Positions 27,239 through 36,281 of a DNA stretch of 64,000 bases are shown in pieces. Position 1 is the first letter of the stretch; the number at the start of each line of letters is the position of its first letter. Under the pieces are notes generated by a model, which ran no database searches, was not told the DNA's origin, and was given only the letters and a program-made list of their open reading frames with translations. The DNA is from a virus. Both the position numbers and the translations under genes were made by a program. The DNA is taken from the IMG/VR virus record IMGVR_UViG_3300032285_003860, one strand, 5' to 3'.

Positions 27239-27321
27239 ATACAGAGTCACCCTTAATTTTGCTGTTTCTTGGGGGCTTATATTTGCTGAAGCACAACAGC
27301 GCCAAGCAAATAACTTTGTAT
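27239..27321 (+). ncRNA. Putative three-way-junction RNA with kissing loops
   Basis: Begins at the predicted TSS of a TTGACA(27206)-N17-TAATAT promoter; ATACAGAGT/ACTTTGTAT, CCCTTAA/TTGGGGG, TATTTGCT/AGCAAATA; loops contain GCTGTT and AACAGC. Confidence 0.5.
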
Positions 27322-27371
27322 TTTGTGTCGCATCCCGATAGGAGGATTCCATAAGGGTCGGCACATTTTTT

Positions 27372-27446
27372 GCCGGATAAGCATAGATAGCGATGCAGGG
27401 GTTTTGTAAACCTCAGAGGAGAGCGCAAGTCTCTCATTTGGCTCCA
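27372..27446 (+). tRNA. tRNA-Thr(TGT), A18/G55 variant
   Basis: GCCGGAT/ATTTGGC-TCCA; GGGGT-TTTGTAA-ACCTC; T-loop CGCAAGT. Confidence 0.85.
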
Positions 27447-27506
27447 TTTTGTCAGCAGACCCCCGCCGCCTCTTAATAATGCGTAATCGTGGGGGTGTTT
27501 AATTTT

Positions 27507-27582
27507 GGGAGATTAGCTCAGTTAGTAGAGTAGCTCGCTTACACCGAGAAGGTCACAGGAGCAAAGCCTGTATCTCCCACCA
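27507..27582 (+). tRNA. tRNA-Val(TAC), A18/G55 variant
   Basis: GGGAGAT/ATCTCCC-ACCA; CTTACAC loop; T-loop AGCAAAG. Confidence 0.88.
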
Positions 27583-27591
27583 TTTTAAATT

Positions 27592-27680
27592 GGATGAGTA
27601 ACCAGACAGGCGAACTGGAACCGACTTGAAATCGGCTTGTTCCTTACGGGAATGGGTTTCGACTACTCACTCATCCGCCA
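27592..27680 (+). tRNA. tRNA-Ser(TGA)
   Basis: GGATGAG/CTCATCC-GCCA; CTTGAAA loop; long variable arm; TTCGACT. Confidence 0.9.
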
Positions 27681-27722
27681 TTTTTTTAGACACTTTATCT
27701 TTTTTTGTGTAATATAAAGTAT

Positions 27723-28226
27723 ATGGCAAACCCTTTTACAAGAGATTACGTTGATATTTTAAATTTCCGCATTGAACAAGAAGAAATTGCTTCTCGTTTA
27801 TATGAAGCTATGTCGCTTTGGCTTGACAATAGTGGATATGTAAACGCTGCAAAAAGATGGAAAAAAGATTCTTTGGATGAACTCGTCCATGCAGGATGGG
27901 CAAAAGAATATCTTTTAGACATGGGAATCACTCCAAAACTTTCTACTCTCCCAGAATGCCCAACGAGTTTCAAAGGATTACCAGATGTTATCAGACAAAC
28001 TTATGCTTTAGAAATTAAAGTTACCCAGCAATGCAATGATTTGTCCGAATTCGCTATGAAAATAGGCAATCATTTGCTTCACCAACTTGCGTTAAAGTTT
28101 TTAGCTGAACAACAAAAAGGAATGGGCGAAATTCAAACTCTCATGGATAAACTTGCCACTTTTGGCGAAGACAAAATTGCCATGCGTTTGTTTGACCACG
28201 ACTTCCAAGAAGAGCAAGAAGGTTAA
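27723..28226 (+). CDS. Ferritin-like protein
   Basis: LN..I.QE..ASRLY.AMS.W, DELVHA, E..VT, FL.EQ...: FtnA-like four-helix bundle. Confidence 0.85.
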   Translation: MANPFTRDYVDILNFRIEQEEIASRLYEAMSLWLDNSGYVNAAKRWKKDSLDELVHAGWAKEYLLDMGITPKLSTLPECPTSFKGLPDVIRQTYALEIKVTQQCNDLSEFAMKIGNHLLHQLALKFLAEQQKGMGEIQTLMDKLATFGEDKIAMRLFDHDFQEEQEG

Positions 28227-28249
28227 TGAAGTAAAACAAAACAAATAAT

Positions 28250-28284
28250 CCCGCACTCTCAATCTGGAGGGTGCGGGTTTTTTC
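28250..28284 (+). terminator. Intrinsic terminator
   Basis: CCCGCACTCTC/GAGGGTGCGGG stem plus T-tract. Confidence 0.85.
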
Positions 28285-28329
28285 TTGACATATATCAAAA
28301 ATATGTAAACATTTATTATAAAATAAAAT

Positions 28330-28515
28330 ATGGGCAATACCGAAGAGCATTTTGCAATAATAGAAAATTCAATTAATTGGCTCACTAAAGAAATTGAAAT
28401 GATTCATCAAAGCAGGTCCCCAAATAAACCTCTTAGTAAAGAAAAAATGCTCCATGCCATTAATTTGCAAAACAAACTGAATTGGGAGCGAAAGCAAATA
28501 GAAAAGTATGAATAA
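28330..28515 (+). CDS. Hypothetical protein
   Basis: ORF after a TTGACA promoter. Confidence 0.5.
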   Translation: MGNTEEHFAIIENSINWLTKEIEMIHQSRSPNKPLSKEKMLHAINLQNKLNWERKQIEKYE

Positions 28516-28756
28516 ATTAATTATTGATAGGCAAAAATTATTTAAATTTTATTTAGAAAAAGTTAATCACCTTTGCGATAGCTGTGATTGGATTACATCA
28601 GTATCTCCAGAATTGATAATTGATATTATTGCAGAAGCAATAGAACAAAATCCTTCGATAGTAATTGAAGATACAACAATGCAAATAATAGAAGAAGGAA
28701 TAGAAAATTTAAAAAAAGAAAAAGTTTTAAAGCTAATAAATAACCAACTTAATTAA
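28508..28756 (+). CDS. Hypothetical protein
   Basis: Coupled ORF. Confidence 0.5.
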   Translation: MNKLIIDRQKLFKFYLEKVNHLCDSCDWITSVSPELIIDIIAEAIEQNPSIVIEDTTMQIIEEGIENLKKEKVLKLINNQLN

Positions 28757-28941
28757 TGAACAAAAAAGTCAACAAAATCATCTCAAGTCACATCACAAAA
28801 ATAGAAAAAATTGACACCACTCAGCCATTAGCAAAAGTCGTTAAAGAAATTGACTCTATAACACAAGATACTTATAGAGAACTTTATAATTACAGAGAAA
28901 AGAAAGAGACCCCAGACAAGAAGAAAGGCCATTGCTGTTAA
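28756..28941 (+). CDS. Hypothetical protein
   Basis: TAATG-coupled ORF. Confidence 0.5.
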   Translation: MNKKVNKIISSHITKIEKIDTTQPLAKVVKEIDSITQDTYRELYNYREKKETPDKKKGHCC

Positions 28942-28993
28942 AAAATAGCATTAATGTTTGACATATAAAGCAGTGTCTGATATAGTATTTTAT

Positions 28994-29629
28994 ATGTCGG
29001 AATTTATGAATCGGAATAGCGTATTGGTTCTAAATGCTTTATATCAACCAATAGGAACAGTTTCTCCAAAGAAAGCCCTTGTCGCCCTCAATTCAACAAT
29101 TGATGGAAATCAATATTCTTCTAAAGCCATTGACATTATCTATGCCAAAAATCCAGATGGCACTTTCGATTTAGAAAATGTTATAACTTTTCAAAATTAT
29201 AATTTTGAAGAATGGTTGATGGTTGATTTTCGAGAAGGTCTTGACCAAATAGTTCATACATCAAGACTACAAATAAGATGCCCCACTATCATAATGACTA
29301 ACTATAGCAAAATGCCTATGCGCAAATTTAGAGCAACAAAAACGCTGCTTTATGAAATGCAAAAAGGCATCTGCGGTTATTCAGGCAAGAAAATGCCAAT
29401 GAAAGCGATGAGTATAGAGCATAAACGCCCCAAAAGTAAGGGCGGCGGCGAAACTTTTCAAAACTTGATGGTAGTTGACAAAGATATAAATAGCAGGAGA
29501 GGAAATAAACCCTTGAAGGAGGTCGGTTTAAAAGCTCTTTTTAATCACAGAGAGCCGCAACCATTGCCTGTCGCTTACGCAATAAAAAGCGCAGTTCATC
29601 CAGATTGGAATTATTTTATTGCAAAATAA
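28994..29629 (+). CDS. HNH endonuclease (McrA/HNH_5-like)
   Basis: VLVLNALYQPIG, QKGICGYSG, SIEHKRPKSKGG..TFQNL.....N..RGNK; the TTG 'start' at 28958 is the -35 box. Confidence 0.85.
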   Translation: MSEFMNRNSVLVLNALYQPIGTVSPKKALVALNSTIDGNQYSSKAIDIIYAKNPDGTFDLENVITFQNYNFEEWLMVDFREGLDQIVHTSRLQIRCPTIIMTNYSKMPMRKFRATKTLLYEMQKGICGYSGKKMPMKAMSIEHKRPKSKGGGETFQNLMVVDKDINSRRGNKPLKEVGLKALFNHREPQPLPVAYAIKSAVHPDWNYFIAK

Positions 29630-29632
29630 ATT

Positions 29633-30229
29633 ATGAAAAAAATATTTAACATTAAAATCTCAGAAGACGGCTTAAACTCTATTATGAAGGCGCTTGAGTG
29701 CTATTCTCGCCTTGGCTTGAATCAGTTCGCATATTGCTTAGAGCATAATCCCAAATTTGATAGGCTAGATTGGGACGATAAGCGCGAAATAGAAGAATAT
29801 TTACGCCATAAGATTGATGCCCGCAATTTCGGCATCTATCACCCAGAAGTCGCTAAGTTTAATCAGGCTTTTCAAATAAAGAAAGAAATTGAAAAACATA
29901 TTTCTATTGCCAGAGAACCAATTATGCAACATATTACGAATAATTATGATGGAGCATTAGAAGAAGAAGCTTATTTGCCTTTTTTCTTTGACGACTCTGG
30001 CAATAAAATTGAACACAAAATCTCAATCAAGATTGATAAAAAACATCATTCCAAATTAAAAAAATTAAAAGAAAGTAAAAAATACGAAGAGCTTTGGCAA
30101 TATGTTGATAAAAACATCAAAAATAATGATATTAAAGGCTTATCTAGTGAAATCAGCAGTGATTTTAATGAATTAATTATTTATAAACCTTATAAATTAA
30201 TTAAAACTGAGGAGCCTAAAAATGCTTGA
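29633..30229 (+). CDS. Hypothetical protein
   Basis: 198-aa ORF; ALECYSRLGLNQF motif. Confidence 0.6.
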   Translation: MKKIFNIKISEDGLNSIMKALECYSRLGLNQFAYCLEHNPKFDRLDWDDKREIEEYLRHKIDARNFGIYHPEVAKFNQAFQIKKEIEKHISIAREPIMQHITNNYDGALEEEAYLPFFFDDSGNKIEHKISIKIDKKHHSKLKKLKESKKYEELWQYVDKNIKNNDIKGLSSEISSDFNELIIYKPYKLIKTEEPKNA

Positions 30230-30262
30230 CAGTTAGCCAAATAACACTTATTATAAGATAGT

Positions 30263-30469
30263 ATGAGAGAACAAAGACATTCTGGACAAGTTTGGGCAAT
30301 GAAGATGGGTATCCCCATTGTTGACCCAAAAGGCTGGGAATCATACGATGATTACAATCATGTTTTAATTACAAAAGAAGAATTCATTAATCGTGCCACC
30401 AGCAGCAAACTACTTGCGCCCAAAAAGGCTACCCGCAGAAATGCAAGCAAAATGTTTAAAAAGATTTAA
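30263..30469 (+). CDS. Hypothetical protein
   Basis: IVDPKGW...ITKEEFINR motif common in small phage proteins. Confidence 0.6.
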   Translation: MREQRHSGQVWAMKMGIPIVDPKGWESYDDYNHVLITKEEFINRATSSKLLAPKKATRRNASKMFKKI

Positions 30470-30532
30470 ATAATTTACGAAAAATACTAAATGGTTTAGT
30501 ATTTCTTGTATATCGGAAAAAAAATAAAAAAT

Positions 30533-31015
30533 ATGAAGAAACTATTCACACTAACTATCGGAGCTATTCTTGCTTTGACATTGACTGCGTCGGCAGTTGA
30601 TTTCTCTTCGCAAGCATTATATAACCACAACTTCAAGAGCAGCGAAAATGTTGTTGGCGCAGAAATTTCTGCTTCAACAAATCTTTTTTCTGATGTAGTC
30701 GGTCAGACATCTCTTGGCATTAGTCAAGCCTATGGTTTGACAACTGATGGCGCAGACAGCACAGGCATCACAAGTCTTGCTTTCCGTCAGAATGTTGACA
30801 AGTTGGAGTTCGGTGGCTTCGCGCCGTTTGTTGCTGGAGAAACATCTCTTAGCTATGGCGAAAACCAAAAGGAAAACTGGTCGCTCTCCCCCGTTGTCGG
30901 AGAATCCTTCTCCTACAAGGGAGTAAATTTGTTCGCTTCTGTCGCTTATGACTTTAGCCTTCAAAACAGAGGCGATGGTTTGACTGCTCGCGCTGGTCTA
31001 AATTGGAAGTTCTAA
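30533..31015 (+). CDS. Outer-membrane beta-barrel protein
   Basis: Sec signal peptide (TASA|V), amphipathic strands, C-terminal beta-signal RAGLNWKF; own terminator. Confidence 0.75.
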   Translation: MKKLFTLTIGAILALTLTASAVDFSSQALYNHNFKSSENVVGAEISASTNLFSDVVGQTSLGISQAYGLTTDGADSTGITSLAFRQNVDKLEFGGFAPFVAGETSLSYGENQKENWSLSPVVGESFSYKGVNLFASVAYDFSLQNRGDGLTARAGLNWKF

Positions 31016-31035
31016 AAAAACTAAAACAAAACACA

Positions 31036-31066
31036 AACCCGCTAGTGAATAACTGGCGGGTTTTTT
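31036..31066 (+). terminator. Intrinsic terminator
   Basis: AACCCGCTAGT/ACTGGCGGGTT plus T-tract. Confidence 0.85.
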
Positions 31067-31101
31067 GTTGACATTTAAATAAATAAAATATAATATTTGA
31101 T

Positions 31102-31680
31102 ATGGTCATTCAAAAACAACAAGACATTAAAGAAACATTTGGCTATTTTATTTCTTTAATTAAAAATAAACAATTATTAAAAACTTGCCAAGAGCTATAT
31201 AATTATCCAGATTTTTGGACTCATGCGGCTTCTCTTGAGCATCACCATAATTTTAAAGGTGGATTAATAATTCATACATTAGAAGTTGCTGATAATGCAA
31301 ATTATTTGAGTCAAAGATTTCAAAACTGCAATAAAGATATTTTAATCTCTGCGGCTCTGTGGCATGACTTGGCAAAGATTTGGGAATATGAATGGAAAGA
31401 AAATAAAGGTCTTTCTTCTTATTATATGCCAAAATTTCATAAAACAGATTATGTCAAAAAAATCCATCATATTTCTGGCTCAAATGCGGAATTTACCGCA
31501 ATGGCAATCAAAAACGAAGTGGATAGAAAATATATAACAATGGTGCAGCATTGCATTATCTCGCATCATGGAATAAAAGATTGGGGTTCTCCAGTCCTTC
31601 CAGAGTCTTTGGAGGCAATCATTTTACATCAATCCGATATGTTGAGCGCGATGTATCCGAAATATAACCAACAATTTTAA
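31102..31680 (+). CDS. HD-domain hydrolase (YhaM-like)
   Basis: AAS..HH...GGL..HTLEV, ALWHDLAK, HCIISHHG..WGSP..P...EA.ILH..D. Confidence 0.88.
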   Translation: MVIQKQQDIKETFGYFISLIKNKQLLKTCQELYNYPDFWTHAASLEHHHNFKGGLIIHTLEVADNANYLSQRFQNCNKDILISAALWHDLAKIWEYEWKENKGLSSYYMPKFHKTDYVKKIHHISGSNAEFTAMAIKNEVDRKYITMVQHCIISHHGIKDWGSPVLPESLEAIILHQSDMLSAMYPKYNQQF

Positions 31681-31681
31681 T

Positions 31682-31870
31682 ATGAAAAAAGAATTAGAAG
31701 AAACAGTTATTCGTCTTCGTAAATTTAATCAATGGCGCAGGGGCGCAGAATTAACTGAATTTAATACATTAGATTACTCTCCAAGACAAATAGGGCTTGA
31801 CCTCGACTATGTTTTAGATTATTGTGAAGGGAGATATGAAAACAGAATTACAAAACAAATTAATAAATAA
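31682..31870 (+). CDS. Hypothetical protein
   Basis: L..FN.WRRG....P..IG..LD motif. Confidence 0.55.
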   Translation: MKKELEETVIRLRKFNQWRRGAELTEFNTLDYSPRQIGLDLDYVLDYCEGRYENRITKQINK

Positions 31871-32390
31871 ATATCCAGAGCTATTTAATCTGGAAGAAAA
31901 GTCTCCGTTACGCCATAGAGGTATTGGATGCGGAGATGGCTGGTATAATCTATTAGACAAAACATTATATTTAATTGATTATCATGCCAAAAATCCAGAA
32001 TGGCATCAGGAACGCTTTTATCAAGTCAAAATTTGGTATAATAAAATATTTTGGAATAATTTGTTTTTTCGCATTGCAAAGTTATTTCCCGAAAAAACCT
32101 ATCGAATACTCTTTAAATATTTGAGCGCAGACCCTAGATACATTAATCCAAAAATTTCTTTAAAAGTAAAAGTAATGCAGATTAAAGAAAAATTTGCAGG
32201 ATTGCGTTTGCGTGTAGATGGGAGAGATGCTTACATAGATGGCATAATTTGTTTGGCAGAATCATTGTCTTATGGCCTTTGTGAACAATGCGGCACAAAC
32301 GAAGGAGTATCGCAAAATAAAGAAGGATGGAACAAAACCCTTTGTAAAAAATGCAGAAAAATAATTGACAAAAAAATAAATAAACACTAA
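31836..32390 (+). CDS. Conserved phage protein (QIKEKFxxLR family)
   Basis: CGDGWYNL, QIKEKFAGLR, CEQCG...GW.KTLC..C. Confidence 0.75.
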   Translation: MKTELQNKLINKYPELFNLEEKSPLRHRGIGCGDGWYNLLDKTLYLIDYHAKNPEWHQERFYQVKIWYNKIFWNNLFFRIAKLFPEKTYRILFKYLSADPRYINPKISLKVKVMQIKEKFAGLRLRVDGRDAYIDGIICLAESLSYGLCEQCGTNEGVSQNKEGWNKTLCKKCRKIIDKKINKH

Positions 32391-32399
32391 TATTAAAAT

Positions 32400-32600
32400 A
32401 TGTTAAAACATAATCATAAATTCATCTACGAAGTTCAAGAATCAGACATTGAAGATGTTCCTCGTCAAACAGTTGTCGTTGGCATTGATGGAGATGTCAC
32501 TCTGCACCACATGATTGAGGCATTTGAGAAATATCTTGTTGCCGCAGGATTTGTCCCTCCAGAAAATTCTTATCTTGACTTTGTATCAAAGCACGAATGA
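32400..32600 (+). CDS. Hypothetical protein
   Basis: Leaderless-type promoter; FEKYLVAAGF. Confidence 0.6.
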   Translation: MLKHNHKFIYEVQESDIEDVPRQTVVVGIDGDVTLHHMIEAFEKYLVAAGFVPPENSYLDFVSKHE

Positions 32601-32734
32601 AACATAAGCCCCTGAGTAGAGAGTTTCTCCTGAAAAGGGGTTTTTGTTGCCACAATGGGTGCAAAAATTGCCCATATAAAAAAACCAAGCCAAATGAACT
32701 TAAACAGCCAAAACAAAAGAATACTGGTCTTTAG
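32597..32734 (+). CDS. Small Cys-rich protein (DUF5522-like)
   Basis: FLLKRGFCCHNGCKNCPY. Confidence 0.65.
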   Translation: MKHKPLSREFLLKRGFCCHNGCKNCPYKKTKPNELKQPKQKNTGL

Positions 32735-33461
32735 TGACCCGCATCAAAATATTGCGTATGTCGAACATCTTCTTGAGAAAGAGAAGCATGATACTGCCGT
32801 CTGTCTTGGAGACTGGTTTGACAGTTTCAATCTAAATTCAGAGAGGGATTTGGAACTGACCTGCAACTTTTTAAAGAAATGGCTTTTTAAAGATAACTTC
32901 TATACTTGCATTGGCAACCACGATATACAGTATCTTTTTGATAACAACTCCACTATATGTAGTGGCTATAGCAGAGATAAAGACTTGTTTATAACTGATT
33001 ACTTGGGTAGTTTTTTACCTCCCATCAGGGATAAATTCTTATGGTATTTGTGGATTGACGACTTCCTTTGTTCTCATGCAGGAATTAACAGTCGTTCGTT
33101 TCCTTTTAATCAAGAAATAAATAAATCAACAATAACAACTTGGCTTGAAGGGCAATTAAATCAAGCAATCCCGCAATTAATTAATGGAGGTCACCATTGG
33201 CTCTATGGTGCAGGCGAAGGCAGGGGCGGCAGACAAAAGATTGGCGGTATTACTTGGCAGGACTTTGATACAGAGTTTGAGCCGATTGATGGTTTAAAGC
33301 AACTGGTTGGACACAGCAGCCATAAAAGGATTTTAAATCACTATACTGATGGCAATTTAGATTTGACAAGTTGTGAAAACCTTGATATAGATTGTCACCT
33401 AAATGAATACTTAATAATCTCTAACGGAAAATTAGAAATAAAAAAACTAAAAGATTTATGA
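32694..33461 (+). CDS. Calcineurin-like metallophosphoesterase
   Basis: SDPH, LGDWFD, GNHD, SHAG, GRGG...GGITW.D, QLVGHS. Confidence 0.88.
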   Translation: MNLNSQNKRILVFSDPHQNIAYVEHLLEKEKHDTAVCLGDWFDSFNLNSERDLELTCNFLKKWLFKDNFYTCIGNHDIQYLFDNNSTICSGYSRDKDLFITDYLGSFLPPIRDKFLWYLWIDDFLCSHAGINSRSFPFNQEINKSTITTWLEGQLNQAIPQLINGGHHWLYGAGEGRGGRQKIGGITWQDFDTEFEPIDGLKQLVGHSSHKRILNHYTDGNLDLTSCENLDIDCHLNEYLIISNGKLEIKKLKDL

Positions 33462-33679
33462 CAAAAAAAGAAATATTAAAAGAAATAAATAATTCTGTGG
33501 CTCATATTCAAAGTGTTCAAAAAATGGCTATTGAACCACACGAAGAAAAAGTCGTTGAATTGCTTATGGAGCTTTATCCAAAAGCTACCAAAACTAATGC
33601 CCAAGATTGGATGTTGGATGTTGTATATAATAACCCCAAAGGTGCTTTAAAAACAATGGACAAAGTCTATGGCGGATAA
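33458..33679 (+). CDS. Hypothetical protein
   Basis: ATGA-coupled ORF. Confidence 0.5.
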   Translation: MTKKEILKEINNSVAHIQSVQKMAIEPHEEKVVELLMELYPKATKTNAQDWMLDVVYNNPKGALKTMDKVYGG

Positions 33680-33842
33680 ACCACAACCAGCATCAGGCAA
33701 AGGCGATAAGCCCCGAAACTGTTTTTCTTCAAAATTTAAAAATAATTATGACGAGATTGATTGGGGTAAATCAAAAACTCCAAAATTGAACACTAAAGAG
33801 CCAAATAAGAAGAATCCTTATGAAGCCCATCACCAAGTATAA
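33669..33842 (+). CDS. Small conserved phage protein (GKGDKPR motif)
   Basis: MADKPQPASGKGDKPRNCFSSKFKNNYDEIDW... Confidence 0.55.
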   Translation: MADKPQPASGKGDKPRNCFSSKFKNNYDEIDWGKSKTPKLNTKEPNKKNPYEAHHQV

Positions 33843-33877
33843 CTTGATAATTGCCCAAAAGTGTAATTATCTTCTAT

Positions 33878-35443
33878 ATGGGCTACAATAAAAATATTGA
33901 GTTAAAAAGCGAGGATTTTGATTTCGGTGGTAATCTTTTGCATCCAGTAGATTTAAGTGATGTCGGAGGCAGTTTAACGATTGAGCATAGTGGAACCTAT
34001 GATGGAATAATTTTTTTTTGGCTCCCAGTTTCTTTGCCTAGTGCTGTAAAAGTATCAGGAAATATTAGTATTAACGCTGGAGAAGTTTCTTGTGGTGATT
34101 TTATTTCTGGTGGAGGGCAAATTAACTCAATAAATAGTATCTATGCTTTAAATGATATAAAAGGAAGTTATGGTCTTAATTGCGGTGGAGAAATAGTTTC
34201 TTCAAGTGGAAATATCCTTTTTAGCGGTCAAGTTACTGCGGCAAGGGATATTAAGGCGGTAGGAGTCACCTCAAGCGGTAATATTAGTGCTAATTTTTTG
34301 ACTGCTGGTGGAGATGTAATTAGTTTTTTTGCTAATGCAAATAAAATAGAAATTGGTGGAGATTTGAATGTTGCAGATGGTTGGTTTGGTTCGGCTTATA
34401 TAGGAAGAAATGCTTATGGAACATTAGATTCACTCGGTGACTTTACTGTTAGAGGTAATGTATTTCCTGGAATTCAATCTGGATTCGGTGGCGGAGGAGG
34501 AATAGTGTCATCGTCAGGAAATTTAAATATCGGAAAAAACTGCTATACTGCTCCTTGGGCACCAAATGGAAACATAAATATTGGTGGAATATTAAATTTT
34601 TATTCTGGATATCAAGTAACAAATTCTGCTTATTGCAAAGGAATATTTTCTGCTTCAGGAATAGCGGGTAATAATGCAGACATTACTGCTGCCTCAATTA
34701 TTATTGATGGCTATGCAAATTGCGGAGCATTACACGCTACTGGCGGAGCAATATATTGCATCGGAAATATTAATGGAAGCGGATTAGATAGTGACACTTC
34801 ATCAATTTCAGCAGGGAACATCAACGCCTCTTATATTTCAGCAAAGAGCTTCATAGAAACTACGGGAAATCTTTATAGTGAAAGAGATGTTATTTCTCGC
34901 AATTCTTGGATAAGAAGCAAGGGAAATATAACTTCTCATGTGGGCAAAGTGATTGCTTGTTTAGACATTACTGCGGCGGGGTATATCCTTGCAACAGGAG
35001 GAATTTACGCAGGAGTATGCGAAAAAACTGCCCCAGAACCAACGAAAATTATTTGCCAAAATATATCTGGATTAAATATAGTTTATGGGACCCCCGTAGA
35101 AAAACCATTTTCAACATCTGTAAATTCTCCTTATTATGGACTTGTATTTGGATATGTAACGGCTTATGATGGTAAAAATAAAAAAGTCATCCCAATTAAA
35201 GAATTAACGAATTCTTCTTCATTGTTTGTCTTTTCTATAGATAAGTTGGCTGTTCCAAATACTCTTTTAATTGATTTTGTTAATTTGGAATATTTTGGTT
35301 CAAATAATTTTTTAGTGAAATCTTGCGAAACTCAATTTGGAACATTTAATACTGAAAAAACCGCCTCCCCAATGGGAGGAAATCATTATTTTGTTAATTT
35401 TCAATATACAGGAGCTAATTATTTTCAAATATATTTACCTTGA
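33878..35443 (+). CDS. Gly/Ile-rich beta-helical repeat protein (fibre/adhesin-like)
   Basis: Repeating (S/G)G(N/D)Ix(A/S) hexads; GTGTAA motif 17 nt upstream of ATG 33878. Confidence 0.6.
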   Translation: MGYNKNIELKSEDFDFGGNLLHPVDLSDVGGSLTIEHSGTYDGIIFFWLPVSLPSAVKVSGNISINAGEVSCGDFISGGGQINSINSIYALNDIKGSYGLNCGGEIVSSSGNILFSGQVTAARDIKAVGVTSSGNISANFLTAGGDVISFFANANKIEIGGDLNVADGWFGSAYIGRNAYGTLDSLGDFTVRGNVFPGIQSGFGGGGGIVSSSGNLNIGKNCYTAPWAPNGNINIGGILNFYSGYQVTNSAYCKGIFSASGIAGNNADITAASIIIDGYANCGALHATGGAIYCIGNINGSGLDSDTSSISAGNINASYISAKSFIETTGNLYSERDVISRNSWIRSKGNITSHVGKVIACLDITAAGYILATGGIYAGVCEKTAPEPTKIICQNISGLNIVYGTPVEKPFSTSVNSPYYGLVFGYVTAYDGKNKKVIPIKELTNSSSLFVFSIDKLAVPNTLLIDFVNLEYFGSNNFLVKSCETQFGTFNTEKTASPMGGNHYFVNFQYTGANYFQIYLP

Positions 35444-35636
35444 TTTTTCTTTAAAAGAGTGTTAGTATTTTTCATAATCGTTTAGAAAGACAGTATAATA
35501 ATCTGGACAAATATACAAATAACTTGTATATTCGTGAAAGGAAAAAAAATTGCGAGCAATGCAAAGAATTAATGATTGAAAGTTATACTGTATGCCCTGC
35601 TTGCGGTTATGTTTTTTTAAAAAATTATAAAATACC

Positions 35637-36281
35637 ATGAATGTAAAACTTGTTTCTCTTACCAAGCCCCTTATTGAAGGACTAAACAATACAGAAGATA
35701 TTGTTGCTTATTGTGCCAGAGTTAGCAATCCTGCCAATCAGATGAATACTGAAACTGCTCCGAAATTGTTGCGTTATCTTATTAAGCACAATCATTGGAG
35801 TCCAATGGAGATGGTTAGTTGTTGTTTTGAGATTCAAACAAGCAGAGCAATTGCTGCACAAATACTTCGCCATCGCAGTTTTTCTTTTCAAGAGTTTAGC
35901 CAAAGATATTCTACTGCCACAAGTCTTGAGTCTATTGAAATAAGAAAACAGGGAAAGACCAATCGCCAAGTTGGTGATGAGCCAGTTGAATTGGATGCCA
36001 ATACAAAAATTCGCATTGAAGCAGCGCAGGAAATGTGCGTGGAATTATATAATGATTTAATTAAAGATGGAGTTGCAAAGGAATGTGCTAGAATGGTATT
36101 GCCGCTCAATACATCCACAACTCTTTACATGAATGGCACTCTCCGTAGCTGGATTCACTATCTTGAACTCCGCACCAAACAAGATACGCAAAAAGAACAT
36201 CGTGATATTGCATTAGCTATTCAAGAAATCTTATTTAAAGAATTCCCCAATATTGCTGAAGCATTGAAAGAAACTGCGTAA
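35637..36281 (+). CDS. thyX: Flavin-dependent thymidylate synthase
   Basis: AYCARVSN, HWSPME, QILRHRSFSFQEFSQRY, KECARMVLP, TQKEHR. Confidence 0.96.
   Translation: MNVKLVSLTKPLIEGLNNTEDIVAYCARVSNPANQMNTETAPKLLRYLIKHNHWSPMEMVSCCFEIQTSRAIAAQILRHRSFSFQEFSQRYSTATSLESIEIRKQGKTNRQVGDEPVELDANTKIRIEAAQEMCVELYNDLIKDGVAKECARMVLPLNTSTTLYMNGTLRSWIHYLELRTKQDTQKEHRDIALAIQEILFKEFPNIAEALKETA

Noticed and set aside
35455-35640. Small zinc-ribbon frame (CEQC...CPACG) before thyX
   Set aside because: Plausible peptide but no ATG and an uncertain start, so not listed as a feature
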